Below, one piece after another: positions 1 through 10,534 of a DNA stretch of 64,000 nucleotides. The stretch covers positions 2,080,001 to 2,144,000 of the forward strand of contig OY764265.1 of assembly GCA_963668355.1 (NCBI GenBank), given 5' to 3'. Position 1 is the first letter of the stretch. Every line of letters begins with the position of its first letter. The stretch comes from Bdellovibrionota bacterium (GTDB lineage: Bacteria > Bdellovibrionota_G > JALEGL01 > DATDPG01). The position numbers and the translations under genes were made by a program. The notes under the pieces are model-generated. The model saw nothing but the letters and a program-made list of their open reading frames with translations, had not been told where the DNA came from and ran no database searches.

Positions 1-2523
1 GGAAACTCAAGAGGTTTCCAAAAATTTGTTCGATGGGTGGATCAAACGCTGTTTAGGAAAGTAAGTTTTGCGAGAACGGAACAGGATTTTTCAAATGTTT
101 TGAAGCTGGTTTCTCAGATGCCAGGCCCCGAACTTTCATTGAGCCCCAAAATTTTCAAGGACAATTTAAATTCGTTAAGAAGAGGGGATCTCTCTGTGGG
201 AGAAGTTTTACTGTATCAGGAAAAAAAGACGCCCATGGCGACCCTTTCTTTAACCCAAGTTTACTCGCATACCTGGCTTCTTCATACGTTTGGCATTGAT
301 CAGAAAATGTCTTTTGAGCTTCCTCTTGAGTTGTTTGAGCGAGCCCGTGATTTTTTGCTTTTGGAGAGGGGGGCAAAATATTTATGTGGGCTGTGGCCAA
401 AGACGTATAAGGCTCTGGATCGTTACTATGGGGAGTTCGTTCGGAAAGACTATCGGCCAGATGTTCACCACTTTGAAACATTAAAAATGGTGAACTTTGA
501 CGTTGAGGCGTTTCGTTCCAAGACCAATCTTGGAAAACAATATGAAATTGAAGAGCTTCAGGCTTCCGATTTGTCCGAGGTTTGGTTGACCATACAAGAA
601 AGAGTTTCTCCAGTGTACCTGAAGGCCACCGATCTGTTCGCTCAGGATTTGAAGCTTGAAGGAATCGGAAGCGTATATAGATCGCTGGGTTTGTCGAGAA
701 GCCGAAAGATTTTTGTGGCACGTACGGGAAGTAAACGAGTGGGGTTTGCGATCATGGAGGTGGGGCGAAATGATCAACGAATGTTTGGGTTGACCAACAG
801 TTTTCGTCTTTTTAGTGTCCGGCAATCCCCGACAGACCCACAAGAAGTCAACGCAATCCGAACCCGGCTGATCAACGCTGTTTTGGAAGAATATCAATTT
901 AGGGGCATTCCCTTTTGTCAAATGTATTCGGCTTCGGAAGATTGGGATGGGTACCGTGATATTGATGGTTTTAAGAATGAAATTCCAAACGTGTGTTTCT
1001 GGATTTGTGACCATTCCCGCTCAAAAGCCTTTTTGAGACACTTGGAAACGGTCAACTGGCAGCTGGGTATTTTTAAAAATACAAAACGCAAAATTCGTCC
1101 TCGAGAATTACAAACTTTGGAGGCGGCGAAATCGATATTCAAACCTCGGCAATGCGTTCGCTTGGAAAAATCTAAGAAGATTCCCGGGTTTAGGGGAAGT
1201 TGCCGTGCGGCTGGAAAAGTGTTTGCCATCGAGTCGGTTCAGTCTTTGAATACCTTTGGGGCCAGCTTTGTCGTTTCGTGTGTGGATGGGTTGGAAATTG
1301 GAACGAAGGTTGTTCTTCATCTAGAGAACGATGCCTTTGACATTGAAACCCAAGCCATTGTTCGGCGAATGGACTTTCCCGTGTCTCCCGGTTTCTTGGG
1401 GGTGGATCACGTGATCGGTGTGGAGTTCATGGGACTTCGATTGGATCAAATGCGTCTTTTAAAAGATTTCGTCCATAAAATGCTCAATCCCGAAGTGTTG
1501 GAGTTTAGAAAAGAGCATTTTGCCTCTCTAGGAAATCTTTTAGAAAGAAGCGACTATTTCGATTATTGGGAAGGAACGGACCATAACATTCTCTTGAATG
1601 AAGCCAAGGAAACCTATTTCAATCTGAATGCTTTTCCTCCAGGGATGATTCGAACGACCTTGGTCAAACATAAAGAAAAGGCCTTAGCCAGCCATTCCTT
1701 CTTTCGCGTGTCTCCAAAAACATGGCAACTGCACCAACTCGCGAGTGATGCAGAGTTTGGCTTGTACAAAGAGAAGCTTCCCACAAAACTCATTCTTCAA
1801 AGCTCCTTTCAGTACTTGTCGTTGGATTCAACCGCCAAGTATTTTCTAACTTGGTTTAGTCATGGAGCCGGTATTGCAAAAGCGTATATTGACGCCGTGG
1901 GTCAACATTACGATGCCAACGATTGTCTGTTTGAGTCCTATGATTTGGTTTACTTGAACACTCGGAATTTCAAGGATGCATCTTTTCAAAATTCGCAAAG
2001 ATTTGGAGAGGCAAACGCCCAAGAGCTTGAGGCGATCAAAGACCATTTGAAGGTATTGGTACATCCGATGGTTTATGATGCGCTGAGCTACGACGAGCCG
2101 TGTTTGGATTGGGGTGATACACCAGGGGAAAAACGAGTTCGAAGCGTTTTTGTTTTACGAAATGAAAACCGAAAATTGTCCGCCTTCGCGCTGGCAGATT
2201 TTGCTCCAAAAGGAGCCAACTTTCTTGGTATTCTTGATATGTTTCAATTGTTTGTTGTGCCTGGCGAAGAAAAAACTGTTTCAACTGACGAGTTTGTTGG
2301 TTTTTTAATGGCACAATATGATCAGAGAAGGAGGGCGAATGCATTTATGGTGGCTCCGGAAGGAAGGGGCGGAGATTTTACTTTTCGAGAGGGTAAAAAC
2401 TTTGGTTCCAACTATCGTTTATTGGTGAGGCGGCCCGCGTTCATGACCGCATTGAGTTTTTTCTCGAAACGTTATGGAAAATTGGAAGAACGTCTAAAGA
2501 GGAAAAACGTGGTCAAAGACTAA
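1..2523 (+). CDS. PilZ-domain protein flanked by two copies of a GNAT-like module (probably 5'-truncated by window edge)
   Basis: Frame is open from base 1 (GTG at 37 may not be the start). Central PilZ-like motifs (KPRQCVR ... SLNTFGASF ... IGVEF). Internally duplicated segments (TWLLHTFG / TWQLHQLA; GLTNSFRLF / GILDMFQLF). Confidence 0.6.
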   Translation, partial: GNSRGFQKFVRWVDQTLFRKVSFARTEQDFSNVLKLVSQMPGPELSLSPKIFKDNLNSLRRGDLSVGEVLLYQEKKTPMATLSLTQVYSHTWLLHTFGIDQKMSFELPLELFERARDFLLLERGAKYLCGLWPKTYKALDRYYGEFVRKDYRPDVHHFETLKMVNFDVEAFRSKTNLGKQYEIEELQASDLSEVWLTIQERVSPVYLKATDLFAQDLKLEGIGSVYRSLGLSRSRKIFVARTGSKRVGFAIMEVGRNDQRMFGLTNSFRLFSVRQSPTDPQEVNAIRTRLINAVLEEYQFRGIPFCQMYSASEDWDGYRDIDGFKNEIPNVCFWICDHSRSKAFLRHLETVNWQLGIFKNTKRKIRPRELQTLEAAKSIFKPRQCVRLEKSKKIPGFRGSCRAAGKVFAIESVQSLNTFGASFVVSCVDGLEIGTKVVLHLENDAFDIETQAIVRRMDFPVSPGFLGVDHVIGVEFMGLRLDQMRLLKDFVHKMLNPEVLEFRKEHFASLGNLLERSDYFDYWEGTDHNILLNEAKETYFNLNAFPPGMIRTTLVKHKEKALASHSFFRVSPKTWQLHQLASDAEFGLYKEKLPTKLILQSSFQYLSLDSTAKYFLTWFSHGAGIAKAYIDAVGQHYDANDCLFESYDLVYLNTRNFKDASFQNSQRFGEANAQELEAIKDHLKVLVHPMVYDALSYDEPCLDWGDTPGEKRVRSVFVLRNENRKLSAFALADFAPKGANFLGILDMFQLFVVPGEEKTVSTDEFVGFLMAQYDQRRRANAFMVAPEGRGGDFTFREGKNFGSNYRLLVRRPAFMTALSFFSKRYGKLEERLKRKNVVKD

Positions 2524-2608
2524 CCGGGAAGGCGCATTGCGCAATTGTTTGCCCATGAAACTGATGTATAATTCAATTTGTCTATTTTCTAGAAGAAGCA
2601 ATTAACAC

Positions 2609-5600
2609 ATGAAAAATAAAAGAAATTTCTTCTCGCGGATGTTGGTTTTTGTGCTTTTTTTAAGCACTTGTTTGGTGTGGGGTGCCGGGTGCACGACTTC
2701 ATCCACCTCAGTGGATTCTTGGAAGGCATCTTATAAGATTGGAGACGATCTTTCTTGGAGTCGTCCGGACTTCAATGATTCCAATTGGAATGAAATCATT
2801 CTTCCTCATAAGCTTCCGGTTGAGTCTACGCAGGAACCAATTTTTTATTGGATTCGGATTTCTTCAACTGACAATGAAAAGGCGTTTGATCGTGAAGAGT
2901 GGTCAATGTTGGAAGATCCAGCCTTGTTTCTTGGCCGCATTGGAGATGTGGATGAAGTTTATCTAAATGGAACCAAAATCGGGGCCACGGGATCTGTGGA
3001 AAATGAATCTCCTTCTTTCTATTCCAAAAGTCGGTTGTACCGAATCCCAAAAGATCTTTTAAAATCCACTGAACTCCTCATTGGGATTCGAGGGAAACAA
3101 CACTCGCTTATGGAGGCGGGGCTTTATGCCGGGACGCCCCGGATCGGCGAGTATAAAGATCTTACTCCTTTAGTTTCATTGAACTGGTTTTTCACACAAG
3201 GGATTGGTCTGCTGTTCGGCTTCTTCAGCCTTATGATGGGTTTTTACCATTTGTACCTTTTTCTTAGAATTCGAGAGAAGAAACACAATTTGTACTATTT
3301 TGTTTTTTCCTTTTTCTCGACATCCTTCATGCTTTCTTTGGGGTGGGTGTTTTCGGATTTTTTTGTGAGTCCTTTGGTGGTGACTCGGCTTCATAATTTT
3401 TTTGGGATTACAACGACCATTGCATTTATTTTCTTCATTTTGAATTTTTTGGATCGTCCTTGGTCGAAATTTGAAAAGTGCTTCGTCGCATTGCATGGAT
3501 TCTTTCTTTTGGTGATGCTTTCCATCCCGAACTATCAAACGGCATTTTTAGTTTTTAATATTTGGTATCTTTTCGGTCTGGCCACGATTGTCTATGGGGG
3601 ATATCAGGCTTGGAAAGCCTATCGAAGAGGTCGGAAAGAGTTGAAAGCGTTTGTTTGGGGAACCGGCTTTTTGTTGCTTACCGCTGGTTTTGATTCTTTG
3701 TATGGTCTTCAGATTCTTCCGGGTTTCCAGCTCATGGGGTTAGGGTTCTTTGCCATTAACGTTGGAATCATGGTTTCGTTGGCTCATGATTTCACGAAAG
3801 CTTATCGCAATGTCGAAGAGCAAGTGAAACTTCGAACGCAGGACCTTCAAGCGGCCAATGAAGAGTTAAAGGCCATGGACAAGATGAAACAGCAATTCTT
3901 TGCCAATGTTTCTCATGATTTTAAAACGCCGATTACGGTGGCTTTGGGCGTGTTAAATTCAGCCGGACCCAATCTTCAGGAGCTGTTAAAGCCCGCAAAG
4001 CGAAATCTGAATAAGCTCTTGAAGATGATTCAACAGTTGCTGGATACCGTAAAAGCCGAAACGCGAGGTTTTAAACTCAATTGGAAAAATGTTCCCATAC
4101 GGAGCGCCCTTGAAGAGTGGATTTCGGGATACGATGCGGTTTGTTCGCAAAAGGGATTGGTTTTTGAATTTCGGACCTCGAGTGTTGGCGATTTGCGTGT
4201 TCCTTTGGATCCTATCCAGATGCAGAGGGTGATTGACAATGTTCTTGGAAATGCGCTGAAATTTTGTGATGAGGGAACCGTTCGTTTGACCGTACGAACG
4301 CATTTGTCCCGAGTGTTCTTTGATGTGGAAGATTCGGGTCCGGGAATTTCAGAAGAAGAACGCAACCGCGTTTTTAATCGCTACTATCAAAGTGTGGCCA
4401 CAGATATCAAGTCACATGGTGGAAGTGGTATTGGCTTGTCTTTCGTGAAGGAGATTGTGGAACTTCACAATGGTCAAATCTGGATTGAAGAGTCTGATCT
4501 CGGAGGCTCAAAATTTGTGATTGCGTTGCCTCTTTCTCAGAAATTGGGTTTGATTCCGGAGGAAGACGAGTTTGAAAAGGTGGAAGCTGATCCGAATCGC
4601 TTTGTGGGGTCAGTGGATGTGGTTTATCCGGAGAAAATGCCGCCAGTTGTCAATTCAAAGCTCCCTAGCGTTCTTGTCGTGGAAGACAATCCAGATGTTG
4701 CTCAAATCATTCTGCATGCCCTGGATGGGAAATTTAATGTCTATTTTGCAGCGCATGGCATCGAGGGCTTGAGTGTTTTGGAGTCTGTCAAAGTCGATTG
4801 CATTTTGTCCGATATCATGATGCCCGTAATGAATGGTACAGAGTTTGTGAAAGCGGTTAAAAAAATCCCCGCTCTGGTTCGTGTACCCATCATCATGTTG
4901 ACGTCAAAAGGTGAAGACGTAGATGTCATTGAACATCTTACCCTGGGCGCGAACGACTATGTGACGAAGCCTTTTGCTCAAGAGGTTTTAGTGGCTCGTG
5001 TGAGGGCGCAAGTGGATCGATCCCTTCTACTTAAAAGGCTTTATAATATTGATAAGCTCGTGACGATGGGGATCATGTCGACGGGCTTGTCTCATGAAAT
5101 GAATAACCCTTTGGGATTTTTGGGAAATGGCGTTTCCGGAGTTCAAAAGAAATTGGCGACCTTGAAAGAAGTGATTTCTCAACCGGGCAATGAAATTGAT
5201 GTCGAGAAGGTTCGGCAAATTGCTGAAAACGCCATCAAGGCCGGGCAGCTCGCCCAAAATGGATATGCTCGTGTTTCCAATGTGATCAGTAGCATGCGCA
5301 CCTATTCTTCCGGGACGACGAAGCGAACCGAAATCAATGTACGGGAATTGATCGAAGATGCGATCACGCTGGTGAAGGGGAAGGCCAAGAAGGTCGGTGT
5401 GTCTCTTGCTTTTGAGGAACCTAAAGATATTCATATCTTGGGTTTTGCCCCATTGTTGCAGGTTGTTGTTAATCTCCTAGACAATGCCATTTATTCCATG
5501 AAGGGTTGTAGGGGATCTGTTAGAGTCCGAGCCTACGAAGAGGGAGGAGGCGTGAGTATTTATGTGGTCGACACCGGGTGTGGCATTCATAAAGATCTTC

Positions 5601-5863
5601 TTGATACGGTTTTTGATCCTTTCGTGAGTAACAAACCCCCTGGAGTGGGTACGGGGCTGGGGTTGTACATTTGCCAAGATATCGTAGAGAATCTTTTCGA
5701 AGGAGAGTTGCTGGTTGACTCGGAAGTTGACAAGGGAACTACCTTTACGATTAAAATTCCCAAAACCGCCCGAGAAAGTAAAGGAGGAAAGAAATTTGAC
5801 TTTCGAGGGTATACACTTAGCGAAGAGGATTCTAGTGAGTCACAAAAAGAGGTCCGTGGATGA
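2609..5863 (+). CDS. Membrane hybrid sensor histidine kinase: sugar-binding jelly-roll + 7TM-DISM + HisKA/HATPase + REC + second HisKA/HATPase
   Basis: LGRIGDVDEVYLNGTKIG (galactose-binding-like); multiple TM helices; H-boxes SHDFKTP and SHEMNNP; G-boxes GGSGIGL and GTGLGL; REC motif LSDIMMP...KPF. Confidence 0.9.
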   Translation: MKNKRNFFSRMLVFVLFLSTCLVWGAGCTTSSTSVDSWKASYKIGDDLSWSRPDFNDSNWNEIILPHKLPVESTQEPIFYWIRISSTDNEKAFDREEWSMLEDPALFLGRIGDVDEVYLNGTKIGATGSVENESPSFYSKSRLYRIPKDLLKSTELLIGIRGKQHSLMEAGLYAGTPRIGEYKDLTPLVSLNWFFTQGIGLLFGFFSLMMGFYHLYLFLRIREKKHNLYYFVFSFFSTSFMLSLGWVFSDFFVSPLVVTRLHNFFGITTTIAFIFFILNFLDRPWSKFEKCFVALHGFFLLVMLSIPNYQTAFLVFNIWYLFGLATIVYGGYQAWKAYRRGRKELKAFVWGTGFLLLTAGFDSLYGLQILPGFQLMGLGFFAINVGIMVSLAHDFTKAYRNVEEQVKLRTQDLQAANEELKAMDKMKQQFFANVSHDFKTPITVALGVLNSAGPNLQELLKPAKRNLNKLLKMIQQLLDTVKAETRGFKLNWKNVPIRSALEEWISGYDAVCSQKGLVFEFRTSSVGDLRVPLDPIQMQRVIDNVLGNALKFCDEGTVRLTVRTHLSRVFFDVEDSGPGISEEERNRVFNRYYQSVATDIKSHGGSGIGLSFVKEIVELHNGQIWIEESDLGGSKFVIALPLSQKLGLIPEEDEFEKVEADPNRFVGSVDVVYPEKMPPVVNSKLPSVLVVEDNPDVAQIILHALDGKFNVYFAAHGIEGLSVLESVKVDCILSDIMMPVMNGTEFVKAVKKIPALVRVPIIMLTSKGEDVDVIEHLTLGANDYVTKPFAQEVLVARVRAQVDRSLLLKRLYNIDKLVTMGIMSTGLSHEMNNPLGFLGNGVSGVQKKLATLKEVISQPGNEIDVEKVRQIAENAIKAGQLAQNGYARVSNVISSMRTYSSGTTKRTEINVRELIEDAITLVKGKAKKVGVSLAFEEPKDIHILGFAPLLQVVVNLLDNAIYSMKGCRGSVRVRAYEEGGGVSIYVVDTGCGIHKDLLDTVFDPFVSNKPPGVGTGLGLYICQDIVENLFEGELLVDSEVDKGTTFTIKIPKTARESKGGKKFDFRGYTLSEEDSSESQKEVRG

Positions 5864-6306
5864 CTGATGCCTCAAAAAAATTTCTAAGAATTTTGCTAAT
5901 CGATGATGACCCTGAAAATGGGGATGTCTTGGAGTTAGCCCAAGAAGACTGGAGCGTTTTGACCCTGTTATCTCCAGATCCGATTTTTGAGGGAGAGGTG
6001 GATGTGAATGATTTTGACCTCGTGGCAGTTGACTTAGTGATCCATCCCAACGAACAGACTCGTAACTCTTTCGTAAATGTTTCTCCTGAGGTCGGATATC
6101 AGACGCTACGGTGGTTGATTCAACACTACCCAGAAAAACCGGTTGTGGTGATGAGTGCGCTTCTCGAAGACTTTTCCGCTGAAGCTGAGTTTAAGAGTAT
6201 GTTTCCAGGAATAACTTATTTTAAAAAGCCTTTTGATGCATTTGATGCGAGTTTCCGGCTAGCGGTAGAGAATATTACCAAAGAGGGGAAGTTACGCCGT
6301 GAGTGA
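5860..6306 (+). CDS. Stand-alone response regulator receiver (REC) protein
   Basis: ILLIDDD, VAVDLV, VVMSA, KKPF motifs; overlaps the kinase stop codon. Confidence 0.8.
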   Translation: MTDASKKFLRILLIDDDPENGDVLELAQEDWSVLTLLSPDPIFEGEVDVNDFDLVAVDLVIHPNEQTRNSFVNVSPEVGYQTLRWLIQHYPEKPVVVMSALLEDFSAEAEFKSMFPGITYFKKPFDAFDASFRLAVENITKEGKLRRE

Positions 6307-6778
6307 GCAACTTTTAAAGACGTACTGTTTTTCGGAATCCAAAAATAAGGATCATAGACTGAACGTCCTTTTCATTGATGACGATCCTTTGAACGCCGAG
6401 TCTCTGGCCATAGCACAGGATGAGTGGGTTGTGTCGTGTCTTGAAAGCCCACAACCGCTATTCGATGGAAAATTGGATTTAGACCCTTTTCACATGATTT
6501 TTGTGGATCTGGTTTTCCATCCGGCAGAACTCCAAGAAAATGGCTTTTACCCAAAGTCTCCCTTTTTGGGCTACAAAGTTTTGAACTGGTTTAAAGTGAA
6601 TGCGCCCCAAAAACCTTTGGTCGTCGTGAGTGGTTTGTTGGGAAATCCAACGGAGGATCGAAGGTTTAAGGCAGCCTATCCAAACGTCATCTTTTTCCCC
6701 AAGCCTCTAGATTTTGGAGATAAATCGATTCAAGGGATATTGGAACGTTTGGGGGTTGATCCCCGAGCAAACGCATAG
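6299..6778 (+). CDS. Stand-alone REC protein, paralog of the upstream gene
   Basis: VLFIDDD, IFVDLV, VVVSG, PKP motifs; shares LAQEDW / IAQDEW with the preceding ORF. Confidence 0.8.
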   Translation: MSEQLLKTYCFSESKNKDHRLNVLFIDDDPLNAESLAIAQDEWVVSCLESPQPLFDGKLDLDPFHMIFVDLVFHPAELQENGFYPKSPFLGYKVLNWFKVNAPQKPLVVVSGLLGNPTEDRRFKAAYPNVIFFPKPLDFGDKSIQGILERLGVDPRANA

Positions 6779-6781
6779 TCT

Positions 6782-8557
6782 TTAATCGTCCAGTCCTCCA
6801 CTTTCAATCCAACAAAAGATGGTCAAGTATTGTTGACTGCTCCTGGAGAATAGCGTCCCTCCATCATGATTGACCTGCCCCGTGGGCTTGGTAAGGATTT
6901 CACTGTTTGCGGGTTGCTCTAAATCAACTCGACCGCCAAGAAGGGCAGCGTGAATATCCCCCGTGGCTAAATTGAGACCTCCCGAAGGGGAAGAGCCCTC
7001 ATGACAACCTGTGCATCCTTCATTCGAAAAAATGGGTAAGACATTTTCAGAAAAGAGGTGAGGAGTCGATTCGCACTGGCCTTCGAAATCAAGATTGAAA
7101 GAATCAGAGACGGTGAAAAAGGATATATTGGAAGATCCTCGATTCAGAACAATCAAGTCCAGCACTTCGTCCCCGGTTGCATCCAGTGAAAGGATTTTTC
7201 CAGAGGTGGAACCTTCGGTGGAAAACTCCATGGGATCGTCAAATGTGCCCCAGCCATCTCCAAGCGCAATAGACACCTCGTTGCCGTGAGAAAAACTCAG
7301 ATCCAAAGTTCCGTCGCCATTGAAGTCCTTTAATAAGACCTCTCTGACTCTAGAATTTCCAAAAGGAGGGGCGAGGGCTTCTCCAAAACTGCCGTCCCCG
7401 TTTCCAACGAGGATGGAAATGGGAACGTCGTTGTCGTCGTTTCCAGTGATGGCATCCAAGAATCCATCTTCGTTTAAATCACCTAAGGCAAGGCTTTGTG
7501 GAGAGGGTCCCGTGGCGTAGGTCCCACCGGTCGTAAAGATTCCATCTCCTGATCCGTGTAAGACCAAAATATTGTCGTCACTTGAATTCGAAACGACGAG
7601 ATCGGTATTTCCATCGTTGTCTAAATCTCCAGCGGAAAGAGCTGTGGGAGCCTCTCCGGCGGGGAAGAATGTGGGTTCCGAGAAATTAAAGGCCGAAGTG
7701 TTGATCAACACAGAGATGCGGTCGGAGACGTCGTTTCCGGTGTTGAGGGTTAGAATATCCAATGCATCGTCTTGGTTGAGGTCCACCAATAAGACTTTTT
7801 GAGGTCCTTCTCCAGTAGGAAAGTCCTCGCGTATGAAGGTTCCACTTCCACGATTTCTAAGGGTGGTTACGGAGTTCTCTGATTGATTTGCCGTAACAAT
7901 ATCCAAATCCCCATCGCCATCCACGTCTCCCGTGGCTAGATCTCGCGGACTGTTTCCTACGTCTTGGCGTGTAACCGAACCAATGGAGTCTGAGCCCAAC
8001 AGCGCATCCCCATTTAGGATCGCAACCGAAGGGGGAGAAACGTTGACAGTGGCAATGTCAACGATGCCATCCCCATCAAAGTCTCCTCCGACTAGGCCAC
8101 GGGGAGAATCTCCAATTCCGAAGCGAACAGCTTCTCCAAAAAGATCGCCAAAATAGACGATCGCTGTGGGTTCGAGGATTTCAATTTCTTCTCCTCCACG
8201 CAAACGGACAACCGAAATCGTCTTTGACTCTGCCTCCCTGGAACGCAACGTGGCCGTGATGATTCCATCCTCGTCGGTAAGGGTGTTTTCTTGAAAAATT
8301 TCGTTGTGCGTTCCGGAGGCCCGAATGGCGATTTCCATCCCCGCTATGGGTTCGGCGTTCGGATTCAATAACCGAAACTCAATTCCGACCGACGCATCTC
8401 CATTAGCTGGAATGCCACTCCGTCGAGAAACGCTCAGAGAAGATTCTGGATAGAGGCTGCCTCCTTCGTTGCCTTCTTCGGAGGACTGAATGGAACAGCC
8501 CATGCAAAGGAGTAATGCGAAAGAAAGACCGAAGAAATTTGAAGAGATCTGTTTCAT
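6782..8557 (-). CDS. Lipoprotein with Big_1/invasin Ig-like domain, FG-GAP/VCBS repeats and C-terminal Planctomycete-type cytochrome c domain
   Basis: Lipobox CMGC; TDEDGIITATLRS (Big_1-like); repeated GDxDGDGxxD motifs; C-terminal FSENVLPIF..CTGCH..WIESG. Confidence 0.8.
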   Translation of the reverse strand: MKQISSNFFGLSFALLLCMGCSIQSSEEGNEGGSLYPESSLSVSRRSGIPANGDASVGIEFRLLNPNAEPIAGMEIAIRASGTHNEIFQENTLTDEDGIITATLRSREAESKTISVVRLRGGEEIEILEPTAIVYFGDLFGEAVRFGIGDSPRGLVGGDFDGDGIVDIATVNVSPPSVAILNGDALLGSDSIGSVTRQDVGNSPRDLATGDVDGDGDLDIVTANQSENSVTTLRNRGSGTFIREDFPTGEGPQKVLLVDLNQDDALDILTLNTGNDVSDRISVLINTSAFNFSEPTFFPAGEAPTALSAGDLDNDGNTDLVVSNSSDDNILVLHGSGDGIFTTGGTYATGPSPQSLALGDLNEDGFLDAITGNDDNDVPISILVGNGDGSFGEALAPPFGNSRVREVLLKDFNGDGTLDLSFSHGNEVSIALGDGWGTFDDPMEFSTEGSTSGKILSLDATGDEVLDLIVLNRGSSNISFFTVSDSFNLDFEGQCESTPHLFSENVLPIFSNEGCTGCHEGSSPSGGLNLATGDIHAALLGGRVDLEQPANSEILTKPTGQVNHDGGTLFSRSSQQYLTIFCWIESGGLDD

Positions 8558-8569
8558 AAGTCCCCCAAA

Positions 8570-9001
8570 TTAAACCGAATCGTCTTCTGCTCCGGCTTCA
8601 ATCCAGCAAAATATGGAAAGATAGTCTTGGTCGCTGACACTTGAAAAAATCTCTCCCCCGCCATGTCCATCCAGACCCAAGGGCTTTCTCAAAATGGCGG
8701 AATTGGCGGAGTCATCTTCGTCGATTCTTCCATCTAGGATGGAGGCATGGATGCCTGAAGCCCCTTCACCTTGGCTGACGTCAAGGTTCAGCGAGCCTGC
8801 TTGAGAGGCGTTGCTATGACAACTTCCGTTGGAACATCCTTGAGCTGAAAAGATGGGAACAATATTTGTAGAAAAAGAGGTGCTGATGTCTTCACAGGGG
8901 CCAGTACCTGAAAAGTCATTGGCATCCAAGTCGGTCACATCAACAGATCCGCAAGCAGAAATGAAAGCCAGAGAACATAGGAACAAAAAGTGTTTTCGCA
9001 T
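8570..9001 (-). CDS. Lipoprotein with Planctomycete-type cytochrome c domain (CX4CH motif)
   Basis: Lipobox ISAC; FSTNIVPIF..CSNGSCH..HGGG..WIEAGA; clearly paralogous to the C-terminus of 6782-8557. Confidence 0.75.
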   Translation of the reverse strand: MRKHFLFLCSLAFISACGSVDVTDLDANDFSGTGPCEDISTSFSTNIVPIFSAQGCSNGSCHSNASQAGSLNLDVSQGEGASGIHASILDGRIDEDDSANSAILRKPLGLDGHGGGEIFSSVSDQDYLSIFCWIEAGAEDDSV

Positions 9002-9019
9002 TTCCTTTAGATCTCCTTC

Positions 9020-10525
9020 TTAAACGCTTTGCTTTCGGCAAATAAGACGGTCATTTTGGTTTACTTCGGCAAAGCCAGCTTGAACCATTTCAGCATCCGT
9101 CAGCCCCGACATGGAGAGCAATGCATCCGACACTTGGTTGGGTTCTACTTGTGAGGGAGCGGCATTTCCGTGAGTGGAAGGAGCAATTTTCCCAAGGTTT
9201 TCATTGTAATTACCGTGGGTTCCCGCTTGGTTAAACATGCTCGGGTCCGTGATGCATATGGCTGCAGCCGTATTTCCATCTGAAAAATCGGAGGGGCCAC
9301 CGTATCCCCGACCAAATTCCGTATCGAAAGTCATGGTTGTTCGGTCCAAAAGACTTGCGTAGTTTCCGGTAGGATCGGGTCGGGCCGCGAGTTCATTTAA
9401 GAAGTTCAATAGAAGTTGGTTGAGCGCCTGGGCATCGTCAAAAAAGGTTCCGGCGTTACTCCCTTGGTTTTGGTATCTTCCATGTGAGTCTCCAGCCAAG
9501 ACTTGGAAACCAAAGGCGGAAGCCACTCCGTTTTCAGCCATTTGAATGATTTGAGCAAAGATTTCGGCTAAATCACCTCGGGTGTTTAGTGTGCCAGTAT
9601 CCACACCGGTTTGAAGAATCGTAACAAGGTCGGGATCTGGTTCCACCAATGCACGTAAATTCTGGGCCAACAATACATGAGCATTTTCTTCTGCCGCTTG
9701 GGCTGCTAGGCCACCCGGACGATTGTCCACCTGAATTTTTTCCAAGACACCCGCATCATGTTGTTTGATGAAGGCGAGGATCTGTTGTGTGATTTCTTCG
9801 TTCATGGGCTCGGATCGGTTCGGAGGATTTAGACGGAACTGATCAAACGAATTTGAAACTTCATCTGGGCCGGAAACATATGTAGGGGCATAGGTCGCTC
9901 CCAAGGGACCGGTAGCCGAAAACGAGGCACGGTTTTCCTGAGCATAGGCAATGGGGCCTGTCATGATGGTGGGTGCCAATCCCTGATCATTCTTCCATGC
10001 GGCAGCCACCAAGCGATGTGCAGACATCCCGGACTTTGTGGTTTGGCCAATATTGGTGTGACCGGTCGTATTCCGGACGCTTGAAATGGTCACGATTCGA
10101 TTTCCATGAGCCTGAACCAAAGGAGCCATGACGGAAGGAAAATACAAGTAGTTACCACTGGCCGTCATGTAGCGCTGGGCTTCTCCTGGAGTTGCCGGAG
10201 TGCTGTCTTGGTCGACAAAATCGGTTTGGGTTCCATTTGGATTTTCAAAGAAAGAACGGTTTTCTGTGGCCGTTTCAAAATCTCTTTGCATGCAAAAAGG
10301 ACCGCTTAGGAAGGGATACCCTGATCTCCAAAAGGAGTCGATCACGATTCGTCCCACATCTCCTGGTGCCGCGAACGCCGTGGAGCTTCCAAAGAGGCGT
10401 TTGGAAATTTTGCTCATGGTCTCAAGACGAATTCCCCATGGAACACTGAAAGCTCCCAGAAAGAGACCCACTTGCTGGATGAATCGTCGTCTTGTTAACT
10501 CGTTTGCCTTTTTTGCGTCTTTCAT
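9020..10525 (-). CDS. Tat-exported protein, DUF1501/DUF1552-like
   Basis: Twin-arginine signal LTRRRFI; GDSH and SLLDRTTMTFDTEFGR motifs; downstream of CxxCH lipoproteins. Confidence 0.6.
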   Translation of the reverse strand: MKDAKKANELTRRRFIQQVGLFLGAFSVPWGIRLETMSKISKRLFGSSTAFAAPGDVGRIVIDSFWRSGYPFLSGPFCMQRDFETATENRSFFENPNGTQTDFVDQDSTPATPGEAQRYMTASGNYLYFPSVMAPLVQAHGNRIVTISSVRNTTGHTNIGQTTKSGMSAHRLVAAAWKNDQGLAPTIMTGPIAYAQENRASFSATGPLGATYAPTYVSGPDEVSNSFDQFRLNPPNRSEPMNEEITQQILAFIKQHDAGVLEKIQVDNRPGGLAAQAAEENAHVLLAQNLRALVEPDPDLVTILQTGVDTGTLNTRGDLAEIFAQIIQMAENGVASAFGFQVLAGDSHGRYQNQGSNAGTFFDDAQALNQLLLNFLNELAARPDPTGNYASLLDRTTMTFDTEFGRGYGGPSDFSDGNTAAAICITDPSMFNQAGTHGNYNENLGKIAPSTHGNAAPSQVEPNQVSDALLSMSGLTDAEMVQAGFAEVNQNDRLICRKQSV

Positions 10526-10534
10526 TGTGTTCTC

